Origin: Felis catus
Taxonomy: Eukaryota
Length of the DNA stretch: 64,000 nucleotides
NCBI RefSeq assembly: GCF_018350175.1
Contig: NC_058368.1
Span: 106,952,001-107,016,000, forward strand
Direction of reading: 5' to 3'
Every line of letters starts with the position of its first letter. The first letter of the stretch is position 1. Below, one piece after another: positions 13,650 to 25,855 of this stretch. A program made the position numbers and the translations under genes. Below the pieces are notes generated by a model. It did no database searches. It saw only the letters and a list, made by a program, of their open reading frames with translations, and was not told where the DNA came from.

Positions 13650-13980
13650 AAGGATTCGCATCTTTGGCCCCACGGACTTTTTGGAGCAGATAATTCTTTG
13701 TCACAGGAGCCGCGCTGTGTAATGTAAGATGTTCAGCAGCGTCTCTAGATTCTACCCACGAAATGCCGTTAGCGCTACCCGGTGTTAAACGTAAGGGATG
13801 ACTCACTAAATTCTACTTCCTGACACGAGTATTATACTATATGTTAACTAACTAAAATTTAAAGAAAAACTTAAAATTGGTTAATTAAAAAAAATTTTTA
13901 ATGCCATTAGTACTTCCGCTAGCTGTGACACTCAGAAATGTTTTCCAGAAACCGCCAAGATGGCTCCCACATGAGAAGCA
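13650..13980 (+). mobile_element. MER20-like hAT element interrupted by an L1 3' fragment
   Basis: cagataattctttgt...gtaagatgttcagcagc...ctaccca...gtgacactcagaaatgttttccaga. Confidence 0.7.
13781..13898 (+). mobile_element. Short L1 3' end
   Basis: tcactaaattctacttcctga...tatactatatgttaactaact; TSD aatgcc(g/a)ttag. Confidence 0.75.
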
Positions 13981-14285
13981 ATACACAACGGTATTTTATC
14001 TTATAAATATGCTGCAATTTATTTAGCCAACCTGTTTGAAGATTTTTGGATTATTTCCAAAATTACTATAACTAATAATGCTTTTTGAATATTATCCGCC
14101 TATGTGTTTCAGTTAATATATGTGCAGCTTATTCTTGGGTATATACTGGAAAATGAAATCACTTGGTTACAGAGTATGCTTTTTATACCAATATGCAATT
14201 TTCCATGCAATGTGTGAAAATTCCCATTGCATCCCATTCTTGCTAATACTTAGCGTTGCCTGCCTTTTTAATTTTAGCCATCCTA

Positions 14286-15013
14286 TGCGGAGAAACAGGA
14301 ACCCTTTTGCACTGTTGGTGGGAATGCAAACTGGTGCAGCCACTCTGGAAAACAGTGTGGAGGTTCCTCAAAAAATTAAAAATAGACCTACCCTATGAGC
14401 CAGCAGTAGCACTGCTAGGAATTTACCCAAGGGATACAGGAGTACTGATGCCTAGGGTCACTTGTACCCCAATGTTTATAGCAGCACTCTCAGCAATAGC
14501 CAAATTGTGGAAAAAGCCTAAATGTCCATCAACTGATAAATGGATAAAGAAACTGTGGTTTATATACACAATGGAGTACTACGTGGCAATGAGAAAGAAT
14601 GAAATATGGCCCTTTGTAGCAACGTGGATGGAACTGGAGAGTGTGATGCTAAGTGAAATAAGCCATACAGAGAAAGACAGATACCATATGGTTTCACTCT
14701 TAAGTGGATCCTGAGAAACTTAACAGAAACCCATGGGGGAGGGGAAGGGAAAAAAAAAAGAGGTTAGAGTGGAAGAGAGCCAAAGCATAAGAGACTGTTA
14801 AAAACTGAGAACAAACTGAGGGCTGATGGGGGGTGGGAGGAAGGGGAGGGTGGGTGATGGGTATTGAGGAGGGCATCTTTTGGGATGAGCACTGGATGCT
14901 GTATGGAAACCAATCTGACAAGAAATTTCATATATTAAAAATAATAATAAAAAAAATGCTGACGGGTAACAAATAAATAAATAAATAAAAGTTAGTTTCC
15001 TGAAAAAAAATAA
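14286..15013 (+). mobile_element. Young 5'-truncated feline L1 with open ORF2 C-terminus and probable 3' transduction
   Basis: [20 protein letters not shown]...EKDRYHMVSLLSGS*; perfect 17-bp TSD taattttagccatccta at 14269-14285 and 15014-15030. Confidence 0.95.
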
Positions 15014-15061
15014 TAATTTTAGCCATCCTAGTGAGTGTGCACAGTATCTTCTTGTGATTTA

Positions 15062-15187
15062 TTTATTTATTTTTTTTTTATTTTATATATGAAATTTATT
15101 GTCAAATTGGTTTCCATACAACACCCAGTACTCATCCCAAAAGGTGGCCTCTTCAATACCCATCACCCACCTTCTCCTCCCTCCCAC
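15062..15187 (-). mobile_element. Short young L1 3' end
   Basis: Antisense of the same 3'UTR; 15-bp TSD tcttcttgtgattta at 15047-15061 and 15188-15202. Confidence 0.9.
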
Positions 15188-17224
15188 TCTTCTTGTGATT
15201 TAAATTTGCACTTCCATGATATCTAATAACGTTATGCATCTTTTCAATATGTGTAGTCCCTATGCTAGTCTTATTTATGCAGCGTCTAATCAAATATTTT
15301 TTTGCATTGTTTTTCTTGTTTAATTTCTGGAGGTTACTTTCATGTTCAGATCCATGTTCTCTATTTAGATAGGAATACATGTTGACTGGCTGATTGATCC
15401 TAATCATCTCAGTAAAGTTGTTGTTACCTATTGGGGTTAAGATTTAGTCCGGAATTGAGGTAAAACTCTGTAGTGCCTCATGGGTGGGCAGTTACCTTAA
15501 TTTTTGTGTTCTCAACACGGTGAGAATCCCCCAAATTCTATTTTCCCTTGCGGAGGCTTTCCAGTGTGGCTTCTTCGTCTCTGTGCAGATGCCTCGAGGA
15601 GAGACACCTTGCTGGGTAGGGCTCTCATCTCCGTAACTTGCTTCTCTTCTGCATCTTGGCCACCCCACATCTAGGTGTCTGTCTCTCTGGATCTGCGCAG
15701 GTGGTCAACACTGTGTGGGCCCCTCTCTTTCTTCTCTGTGGTGCCCCCTTAGTTTCCCTGCCTGCCTCCCCAGTACCCCCTACAAGAAATGTCAAATACC
15801 TTGATGGGAACAGCAGAATTCAGGTCACTTTGTGATCTTGTTTCTCATGTTCTGGTTGCCTTAGGAACTCTCTAATCCCTTCCAACAGCCAATTTTGTAT
15901 TTCGGAGCAAATTTGTGTTGGGCTAACTATTCTCCCCTGGAGGGATGAGCTGCTGAATTCCAACGTAGCTGGATGTGCGTGTCAAAGGGGAGTTCTGAGG
16001 CCTAAGTCTCACATCCCTTGTAATCATCCCTAATTCCCTCCTCTTCATTCAGCATCATTGTTCTACACTGTATTTTAATGTTTCATGATACTAAGATGTT
16101 TCTGATGTTCAGCTACACCAGCATCTGTAGCCAGCGATAAAAGATTGTTTCAGGAAAATCGCAGTGCTCTCAACCTCTGACTGTGCCTTGTACTGAGAAC
16201 ATCAAACTATGAGTTGGTTATTTTCTTTTTTTGTCTAGTACAGTTAGAGGCAGTGAGACTGTGCTCTTCATGCTCCAGTGGTTCATTGTAATAGCTGCTA
16301 GGCCTAACAAAGAGTTAGCCTCATTTCCCATCAAATGACCATATGTGAAAATTAATTGTTTTCCCATGGTTTCCATGGACCAGTTTCCTATAATTTGATG
16401 TTCATGCAGTTCTTTCCAGGTAGGATTATTTGTCCCAGATTCCCATTTCCTTGAGAGTTCCATGAGCTACACACATCCCTGTTACTCAGAAGTACATTGT
16501 TTCAGAAATAGGCAGTATCTGGTTTAACATAAAGGGGAAATGTTGACCATTCTTCCAGAATGGTTAGGACAAGTGAAGAAATAGAATAGACTAAACTTCT
16601 AGGGAAAACATATCAAAGCAATACATAAGACTCGGGCTGTTCGAGGGCCTACCACCTCTGCTGTGATCACAAGCTATAGAATCAGAAGTGGCTGTCGCCT
16701 CTCTTTCTCTAGAACCATTTCACCTCTGCCAAGTCCTGGACCGTCACGACAAGTCTCAAGCCCAGCTTGTCCTTCTCTTACTCGATTTTGAATCCAAGGC
16801 TCATGTGAGTGCATCTAATTGGCAAAACCAAATCCTGATCTGATACCCTCCCTGCGAGAGAGGAGGGAAATGCAGCCTGAAGTTTTCAGCCTTTGCATTC
16901 GAGGAATGTATTCAAGAGGGGACCTGGAAACAATGACAAGCCAGTCTGCAGTGTCCACCACCCCACTCGTGACCTATTTCCCAGTGTATCATAATTCTTG
17001 TTTCTTCACATTACTTGACCAGGATGTCTTGCTCATAGGCCCCTTATACTATGTGTCAATAATGAAGTGATTCTGTCCTCCAGACCTGCTTCTCTCCCTG
17101 TTCTTTGTCTTGGGGAACAACACCGACCCAAACTAGAAGCCTGATAGGTAGCCTAGGTACTTTGTATTTTTATTTCATAACAGGCTTTCAGTTATATTTG
17201 TTTATTTATTTATTTGATGCTAGA

Positions 17225-17305
17225 TTTATTTATTTTTATTTATTTTTCAATTTTATTTAAATCCATGTTAGTAAACATATAGCATAATAATGGTTTCAGG
17301 AGTAG
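17225..17305 (-). mobile_element. L1 3' end fragment
   Basis: ttttatttaaatccatgttagtaaacatatagcataataatggtttcaggagtaga. Confidence 0.7.
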
Positions 17306-17312
17306 ATACATA

Positions 17313-17499
17313 TTTCTTTTTAAGAGAGAGAGCGTGAGCCAGGGAGAGAAACAGAGGGGGAGAGAGAGAGAGAGAGAGAGAGAGAGGAAGGAAGGATATC
17401 TATATCCCAGTGTGGGGTTTGATCCCACAACCCCGGGATCATGACCAGAACTGAAATCAAAAGTCAGACACTCAAATGACTGAGCCACCCAGGTGCCCC
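17313..17499 (-). mobile_element. Can-SINE
   Basis: Ends gactgagccacccaggtgcccc. Confidence 0.9.
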
Positions 17500-18565
17500 T
17501 TCTGGGGATATTGTCTCCTTAATAAGCTTTTTATCTTCTCCATTCTCTCTGCTCCTTAATTCACTTGGACTTTTTCTTTCTTAGATTATTTTCATAGCCT
17601 TTAATTGTTCTTCTTTCTTCTGGACTCTCTACACCCTCCACTCCAAACAGAGCATACCCTTCGCACTACCGATGGAGCTTTTGGTCTTTTTGCACATCCA
17701 TCCAGGTGTGCACCCTTCAGGGTATGTATACAGCTACAGAGAACTACTAACTGACCAAAGGCATTTTGTATTTTTATTTTTCACTTTGATTTCTAATATT
17801 CCCCCTGCCTGAAAGTTCTTTTGCTTATCATTCTTTTTTTTTTTTTTAAGTCCTGCTCATTCTTTAAAACTCTATTCATATGTCACTCGTTCCAGGAAGC
17901 CTTTCTAAACTTGGTCTGCTTTAGATGTGCATAATCTGTGACAGCATCGAACATACTGTTCCATCATTAAGGCTTCACTGGTCTGTTTCTTTCCACTAGA
18001 CCATCAGATCCTTGAGGGTGGGTATACCATATATTAAACGTTATTTGCTGTAAGTATAATGTTAATAGCTGGAGTTGAGTAGTCCCGCCTATTTGTTGGG
18101 GGGGGGGGGTGGGAACAGTGATTAGAGTAGAAATCTTAGTAGTATTTTGCAAGGCCTAAAAATTAGATTATGATTTTGAGATAATTGCAAGCTGGAACTT
18201 GATAGTCTGTTTTCCACACTTGGTATGTTCTCAATGTTGACAGTGAGGAACAAACTTTACTAACCTGAGCCAGGAAGCTTTGTCCTAAAAAATTCTCTGT
18301 TCAAGTTAGGGTTGAAATATTTTCTAAAAAGTTAATGAACACCACTTCTCACAAAATTAGAATTTCAGTGTCATTAATAGGGCATAACCATTAATTTTAA
18401 AATCTTCCAAAGTGTATACATTGTGAGCAAAAAATCCACAAATGTAACGGGTTATATGAGGATTACATTCTCCCATAGGCACTTTTTCTAAAGTATTAGA
18501 ATTAAAAAAAAATCAATACTAACATTGTAAGGTGAACTGAAAAAGCATTTAACCTTTACAGAATG

Positions 18566-18768
18566 TTTTTTTTTAAGTTTATTTATTTTGAGAGAGGGAG
18601 AGAGAGAGCAGGGAAGGGACAGAGAGTGAGGGAAAGAGAGAATCCCAAACAGGCTACACACTGTCAGAGCAGAGCCCAATGTAGGGCTCAGTCTCATGAC
18701 TTTGAGATCATGACCTGAGCTGAGATCAAAAGCCAGATGCTTAACTGATTGAGCCACCCAGGTGCCTC
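18566..18768 (-). mobile_element. Can-SINE
   Basis: Full SINE body. Confidence 0.92.
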
Positions 18769-18785
18769 TTACTGAATATATTCTT

Positions 18786-18996
18786 TTTAAATTTTTTTTT
18801 AACGTTTATTTATTTTTGAGACAGACACAGAGCATGAACGGGGGAGGGTCAGAGAGAGGGAGACACAGAATCTGAAACAGGCTCCAGGCTCTGAGCTGTC
18901 AGCACAGAGCCCGACGCGGGGCTCGAACTCACGGACCGCGAGATCGTGACCTGGCTGAAGTCGGACGCTTAACCGACTGCGCCACCCAGGCACCCC
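18786..18996 (-). mobile_element. Young feline SINE
   Basis: CpG-rich; gatcgtgacctggctgaagtcggacg motif; TSD ctgaatatattctt. Confidence 0.95.
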
Positions 18997-19629
18997 TGAA
19001 TATATTCTTAAATAAAACCTCATTCCTTTTAATACCACACCTCACTGATCTGGCACACTTACTCTGAATATAATACTGTTCTTTGTATACAAAGACCACA
19101 CTACTGCTCAGGGACCAGTAGAGCATGTAGTTTTTTTAAAGAGATAATAAACATCCATTTGTGAATCTGAGTTGCACCAAACATAGGGCATTAAAAAACA
19201 AAAAACAAAAAACAATAAACAGCATGCATTTTTAAAATGTCCAAACAAAATGACAGGTTTATCTCTGAATTAGAAGTAGAGCAAAACCAGGTTCTAACCA
19301 AGTTGTTTATCAAACTGTATTCAAAGTAACATTGATAAGATTTTAATAGTAGTCCTTGAAAATAGCAGTGTGGCAAAGAAACTTGGGATGCAGGGTTAAA
19401 CAAATTTGGAAAGGCTTGTTTTTGTCTTGCCTTGGGTTTGGGTTTTGCAAGACTTCTCAAAGTCTTCATATGATAATAAGAATTTTGTGGCTTCTCTAAG
19501 AAGGTATTAGAGTATGCAGTGTCCCCAAAGGACCTGACCACAGAATCGTCCCCGCTCTCAAATATGCACACTTTTCAAATAACTGGTGTGCATTCTTCAG
19601 CATTTAATTAGGGTAATGCTATCCTAACA

Positions 19630-19662
19630 CACATACATACATACATACATACATACATACAT
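19630..19662. repeat. (CATA)n
   Basis: Visible tetramer run. Confidence 0.9.
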
Positions 19663-19794
19663 AAAAAATAACAGTTGCCAGGAAATCTTGGCAGCAGAAT
19701 TTTATATAAAACAAAAAAATTTTAACACAAAATTGGACTTTATGAATCAAAACAAAGTTCAGAAAAATTTTACCTTTTAAAAAAAAACTAAGTG

Positions 19795-20031
19795 AGGCAC
19801 CTGGGTGGCTCAGTTCGTTAAGTGTCTGACTCTCGATTTTGGCTCAAGTCATGAACTCACGGTTTGCGAGATCCAGCGTGGCATCGGGCTCTGTACTGTC
19901 AGCATGAAGCCTGCTTGGGATTCTCTCTCTTTGCCCCACTTGGACTGTCTCTGTCTCTGTCTCTGTCTCTCTGTCTCTCTCTCTCTCACAATAAATAAAT
20001 AAACATTTAAAAAATAATAAAAAATAAAAAA
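19795..20031 (+). mobile_element. Can-SINE
   Basis: SINE body with (CTCTGT)n and A-tail. Confidence 0.92.
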
Positions 20032-20123
20032 ACTGAGTAATAAGCATAATCTTCCCACTGAGTCCCTTCTCTGAAAGAGAAACAATGGCTAATTTGCAGA
20101 AAAGGGTTTTTTCCCCCTTTTGT

Positions 20124-20170
20124 TTCTTCCTTCCTTCCTTCCTTCCTTCCTTCCTTCCTTCCTTCCTTCC
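20124..20170. repeat. (TTCC)n
   Basis: Visible tetramer run. Confidence 0.95.
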
Positions 20171-20429
20171 TTTTTTAGTCTGGCAGAATCGTACCTCAAT
20201 TCTCAATTAACAGTGTCAGAAATGAAGTCCTCCCTTTAAAACTAATTTCTGCATTCAGTAGCTGGCTCTAACAGGAATATCTCTCTTGAACTGAAACCAC
20301 TCACAGGCTGTGCTCCTGGTACTGCAGCCTCTAAGAGGTATGCTAAGTTCACTCTGAGTTGCAAAACTCTACTACTGAATCTATAAATGAACCCCTAAAC
20401 AATTAGGTGCCAACTAGGTGCCAATTTCT

Positions 20430-21350
20430 TGTTTGTTTGTTGAGATAGTATTCATATTAAATATACCATTTTAAAGTGTGGAATTCATTGGTTTTAGGTT
20501 ATTTACAACATTGTGCAATCATCAACAAATTCCAGAACATATCTATCACCATCCTGCAGAATACCTCCTACCTGTTTTGCTTTGTTTGTTCAATTTTTTA
20601 AATGTTTGTTTATTTTTGAGAGAGAGAGAGACAGAGCATGAACAGGGGAGAGGCAGAGAGAGGGAGACACAGAATCGGAAGCAGGCTCCAGGCTCTGAGC
20701 TGTCAGCACAGAGCCTGACGTGGGGCTCAAACCCACAAACCATGAGATCATGACCTGAGCCGAAGTCAGACGCTTAACTGAGTGAGCCACCCAGGTGTAC
20801 GAGAATATCTCCTGCTTGTCAGCAGCCACTCCCAAATCCCCTCATTTGCTCACAACTACTCATCTGCTTTCTCTCTGTCTTTGCCTATTTTAATAGGAAT
20901 TTCGTATGAATGAAATCATATCATATGTGACCTTTTGTGTCTGGCTACTTTCACTTAGCATAATGTTTTCGAGGTTTATCTCTCAGTACTTTATTCTTTT
21001 TTATTTTTCAATAATCTTCCACTGTGTGAACATAACATATTTTGTTTACCCATTAATCCATTAAGGGGCATTTGGGTTATTTCCACTTTTTTGGCTATTG
21101 TGAATAATGTGGCTATGAACAAGTTTTTATATAAACATGATTAGTGTACAAATTCTTGTGTGAACATGTGTTTTTAGTCCTTTTGGATAGGTACCTAAGA
21201 GGAATTTCTGGGTCATATACCTCGATGTTTAACATTTTGAGGAATGGCCAAAATACTTTATTTACACAGAGGAAGCACCATTTTTCTCTCCCATCCGCAA
21301 GGTATGAAGGTTCCAGTTTCTTCAGAGCCTCATCAACTTTTGTTATTTTT
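20430..21350 (-). mobile_element. Old L1 3' portion, interrupted by a SINE
   Basis: ttttgtgtctggctactttcacttagcataatgtttt, ttggctattgtgaataatg, catatacctcgatgtttaac. Confidence 0.85.
20594..20797 (-). mobile_element. Can-SINE inside L1
   Basis: Full SINE body. Confidence 0.92.
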
Positions 21351-21516
21351 CTGAAAATGTAACAAACCCTTATAATTTAACAATAAAAGGGCAATTAATG
21401 CAAAAATGGGCAAATAATTTAAATAGTTTTCCAGATAAGATATACAAATGACTAATGAGGTCAGGAAAAGATGCTCAACATTGTTAGTCATTAAGGAAAT
21501 GCAAATCAAAACTACT
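21351..21516 (+). mobile_element. Inverted L1 ORF2 segment adjoining the minus-strand L1
   Basis: aaaaatgggcaaa...aaaagatgctcaacattgttagtcattaaggaaatgcaaatcaaaac in sense orientation. Confidence 0.8.
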
Positions 21517-22011
21517 TGTAGTTCTCTTGAACTTGAATAGAACAATATCCTATAACTGTTTTTTACTTTTCTTGAAGAGATCCATAGTTAGTTCCAAGGC
21601 AACTAACTTCACCAAGAAATAAAACACCTGGTGATCCCTGTACTTCTTTGCCATAGGCATTGCTAATCAGTTACCCATTTCATTATTAACCTTGTTCCTT
21701 TCTTTCTTTATTCAAATTTGTACTTCATGCCCATTATCAAAGATGGGGTCTGTATTGTTCCCTATATGATTCCTGAATCTATGATAACTTTTTGGCACCA
21801 TGAAGGAATTAATTCTGTATTTTCAATAGAACACTTCACCTTGAAAGGTGAACAGCATTTGACTACATGTTTTTTATGGACTATTGCCAGCACAGTTTTA
21901 CTATTGTTTTCAGGTCTCCTACCATTTTATAGTTTAATCTTAGATCCAAGAAACCTTCGTTCTTAAATGGGTCATAGTTCTTTTTAAAGACTATTCAAGA
22001 GCCTCAATTTT

Positions 22012-22233
22012 ATTTATTTTTTAATGTTTATTTTTGAGACAGAGAGAGCACGCACGTAAGAGCGTGCACAAGCAGGGGAGGGGCAGAGAGAGAGGGAGAC
22101 ACAGAATCCGCAGCAGGATCCAGGCACAGAGCTGTCAGCACAGAGCCCGACGCAGGGCTCAAACCCATGAACTGTGAGATCCTGACCTGAGCCGAAGTCA
22201 GACGCTCAACCGACTGAGCCACCCAGGTGTTCC
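22012..22233 (-). mobile_element. Can-SINE
   Basis: TSD caagagcctcaatttt. Confidence 0.95.
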
Positions 22234-22249
22234 CAAGAGCCTCAATTTT

Positions 22250-22478
22250 TTTTTTCTTTTTCAACGTTTTTTGTTTTGTTTTTTATTTATTTTTGGGACA
22301 GAGAGAGACAGAGCATGAACGGGGGAGGGGCAGAGAGAGAGGGAGACACAGAATCGGAAACAGGCTCCAGGCTCCGAGCCATCAGCCCAGAGCCTGATGC
22401 GGGGCTCGAACTCACGGACCACGGGATCGTGACCTGGCTGAAGTCGGACGCTTAATCGACTGCGCCACCCAGGCGCCC
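22250..22478 (-). mobile_element. Young feline SINE in tandem with the previous one
   Basis: Young-type diagnostics; third copy of the TSD at 22479-22494. Confidence 0.95.
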
Positions 22479-23604
22479 CAAGAGCCTCAATTTTAAAACC
22501 TAGTTAAATGTAACAATACAACATTGAATAGAAATACAAAGGTGACATTGCAGACTATATCACACAAGATAGTAACGTTCTGTATCTAAAATGTATGAAA
22601 ATTAGAAGATCATCTAATAACACTCAGACACAGACATACACACATGTTTCTAATGAAATACTGGGAGAAAAACCTGGACAAAAGGAAGTAGTGACCTACT
22701 TAGTTTTTCCTGAATGTTTTATCTTTGAGGCCAGAAATTTCACAGGTAACGTTTTGGTTCAAAAGATAATGGGAAGTACTTACAAGAATCATTCCATGTG
22801 CATGTTAAAACCTTTTCTTCATGACAGGGCATAATAAGATCATTTTTATATATAAGCCTTGCTCTTTTTTGCATGCCAGTAAGAAAAATACTACATCACA
22901 TAATTGCTTTAAAAGTGGTCATTAAAAGTGAGAAATATATCTTTACACAACATTTTCACTTTTACAAAATTGCTTTATTTCCCAGTTTGGAAGAATTTGC
23001 TGAAGAGTGCACATAGATGTTTGAGAGTAAATTATGAGAGGCCATATTGGCGATACTGATTTTAGAAGCTTATGGTTCTCAGTGGAATTTTGATGAATGT
23101 CTTCAATGTATATTTATGCATATTAACAACATTTGAATTCCTCCCTGACTATAGTACTGCCTCTGAAATACTGAGCTTTCAAGCAGACTTAAAAGGTTTC
23201 ATTAAAGGGGATGTTTTTCATTTCATCTCTGGGCATACACTTGCTCTTACTCTGCATCCTAGGTGGCTATGTATATGCTAAAGAAAATAATGTAAGCTGT
23301 AGCTCCATACTTGGAAATATTAATAACTCTGGCAAGGTTGAAATGCATTTTCTCTTCCTTCCTTCCACCTTATTTTCTTCGACAGTCATCTATCTGCATT
23401 ACATTGCCTGTTTTGTTTAAAAGGCAGGACTCTTCTCCTTTTCCCCTGAGAATCATTTCAGAAGGTAGAATCTATGCCTTCTTAGAAACCAAGGGGTCCC
23501 ACGTGAGGTAGCCTTTGGTGTATAATCCATTCTCAATCCACCAAACAGTCCTTACTAGTGAAAAATATGCGGGACCAGTATCCATGACTTGATCGTTCAA
23601 AGGA

Positions 23605-23827
23605 ATTTTTTTTTTTAATTTTTTTTAACGTTTATTTATTTTTGAGACAGGGAGAGACAGCATGAACGGGGGAGGGTCAGAGAGAGAGGGAGACACAGAA
23701 TCTGAAACAGGCTCCAGGTTCTGAGCTGTCAGCACAGAGCCCGACGCGGGGCTCGAACTCACGGATTGTGAGATCATGACCTGAGCCGAAGTCGGATGCC
23801 TAACCGACTGAGCCACCCAGCCGCCCC
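23605..23827 (-). mobile_element. Feline SINE
   Basis: TSD tcaaagga.tttt. Confidence 0.93.
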
Positions 23828-24619
23828 TCAAAGGACTTTTAAAGCAAAATTGACTTATTTTATTAGTAAGAGGCTACCTTTTGCTCTTCCTATTCTATCT
23901 CACCGTGGGGTGCGCTATTTGGTATGCCTTTTGATGATTTACATTTGAAAGGGCATGCAAAGTAATTGTAAAGATATTTTCATCTCCCCTCTCTGCTAAC
24001 AGATTTGAAAAATGAAATGTGTTTCCTCTATTACTGATTTTTATCGCTTTGCCTGTGGCAAATGCAGATTCTTATCTCTTAACTTTTGATGCACGTGTCA
24101 GCATGTTCCTGTTTCATTCGCTCTCTCATTCAGCAGTGAGCTCAAAACTGATGGTAAAAGTGCAGTGGGATCCCAGAACTGTCCATGACGTGCCCGTTCC
24201 TCTTCAGCATAATCCACAAGTGTCAGACCGTTTCTCCAAGTTAAAGTCAAGCTGACATCATCTTACCTGCCCATTCCCTTGGTCTCAAGGGAGATCAACA
24301 CACTTGCCATCCTTTGATCTTTCTCAAGGGTCTCTGCAAATTTTCCCAATTTTCTGAAAATAGCAACTGAACCACTAACTCTAGAACACTGTATCAATGG
24401 AGACATCTACTGGATCCAAACGTCACGGCTTCTTGGGATCAGCACTTTTTCCTTGCCTTCTCGACTCAGATTTTGAAAGTAGGCACTTTTTCAAGGGAAT
24501 TTTTAAGCAATAGAGGTTAAAAAAGATTGAAATTCACATCAGAAAAAGCCAAAAGCATCAGAGTGAACAGATGAAAAAACACAGATTTTATGTTCTAATA
24601 CAACCGTAATTGATAGTAT

Positions 24620-24800
24620 TTATTGAACTCTCTTTTATGTAGAAGGCAATGTCTTCAGTGCTCTAAACCTATAACCTCATTCAGTTCTGACAACAGGCTA
24701 ATGGAGGCAGATAATATTATCCTTTCTATTTTACAGATAAGAAAATTAGTAACATACCCAAGATCATATGCTAATAAGTGGTACTGTGATTAAGATCAAA
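24620..24800 (-). mobile_element. MIR relic
   Basis: attattatcctttctattttacagataagaaaatt...cccaagatcatatgctaataagtgg. Confidence 0.7.
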
Positions 24801-24810
24801 GACTCTCTAA

Positions 24811-24991
24811 GGGCATCTGGGTGGCACAGTCAGTTCAGCATCTGACTCTTGATTTTCACTCAGGTCATGATCTCACTGTTGTGAGATGGGGTCCCAGGTC
24901 AGGCTCTGCACTGGGCATTGAGCCTGCTTAAGATTCTCTCCCTGTCCCTCTGCCCCTTCACTGCTCTCACTTTCTCAAAAAAAAAAAAAAA
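24811..24991 (+). mobile_element. Can-SINE
   Basis: SINE head and A-tail. Confidence 0.9.
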
Positions 24992-25125
24992 ATTTCTCAA
25001 AATTGACACAGCTGCACGACAGAAGACACTGGACTCCTTAATTTAGCCCTGTCTGTGAAACTAGTTCTAAGCCATCTTTGTTGTTGTTGTTGAGTAATTA
25101 ATTAAGCTTCTTTGGAGGGCATAAT

Positions 25126-25190
25126 CTTTTTTTTACATGATTTATTGTCAGATTTGTTTCCATACAATACCCAGTGCTCGTCCCAACAAG
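25126..25190 (-). mobile_element. 65-bp L1 3' end insertion
   Basis: 13-bp TSD tggagggcataat at 25113-25125 and 25191-25203; matches the L1 terminus at 15062-15140. Confidence 0.88.
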
Positions 25191-25855
25191 TGGAGGGCAT
25201 AATGTCAACTATGAATTTCAAGTTGCACATCATTATGAAATGTTCGATACCATCTACCCTCTTCCTCACAAAATCTTTGTCCTAACAACTGAAATAATGT
25301 AAAATCTAAAAGAACATAAAATGGTTAAATTGTAAATATTCTTAAATGTGTGTGTGTGTGTGTGTAAACATCCATTTCTCAAACATGTCTGGTAGATATA
25401 AAATGTAGATACATCAGGATAGGCAAAAATCATACGCAAGTGAAAGGACAGTAAATGCAAGAGAAAGGTATTTCTTCCCACTGGGAATGGGCAATATTTG
25501 TGGAGAAAACCAATGTCCATAAAAACACATTGAATAAATATTTTGTATATATTGCATAATCTTGAATAAATTGCAGCTGTAGAAGTTGAGGATTATCTGA
25601 AAATAGTAACACAAGCAATAGCCATTCTTGACCAGAACATCTTGGGACAAGAAGAGGTGGTAGAAACATAAGAGGTTCGGGCCAACCTGACAGATTAAAA
25701 AGGACGAACCCCTCCCTGAGTTCAACAAAGAGAACTATTGAAGCACTAACGTAGGATTCTAACCAAATTCTGCAAAGAAGAATGAAAAAGTTAAACTAGA
25801 AATTGACTGTATATGACTGGTGTGATTAAAGCAATTGTGCTAAGCTAAGTGTATT

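Larger units (their letters stand above)
13990..15360 (-). mobile_element. Old L1 fragment hosting two younger L1 insertions
   Basis: Antisense L1 text (ttttagccatcct, ttgtgatttaaatttgcacttcc) is continuous once the insertions are removed. Confidence 0.65.

Noticed and set aside
14256..14714. 152-aa ORF as a host gene
   Set aside because: It is the L1 ORF2 C-terminus of a 5'-truncated insertion; the start codon lies in flanking DNA.
21996..22494. Direct repeats separated by ~220-bp spacers resembling a CRISPR-like array
   Set aside because: Eukaryotic DNA; the repeats are TSDs and the spacers are SINEs.
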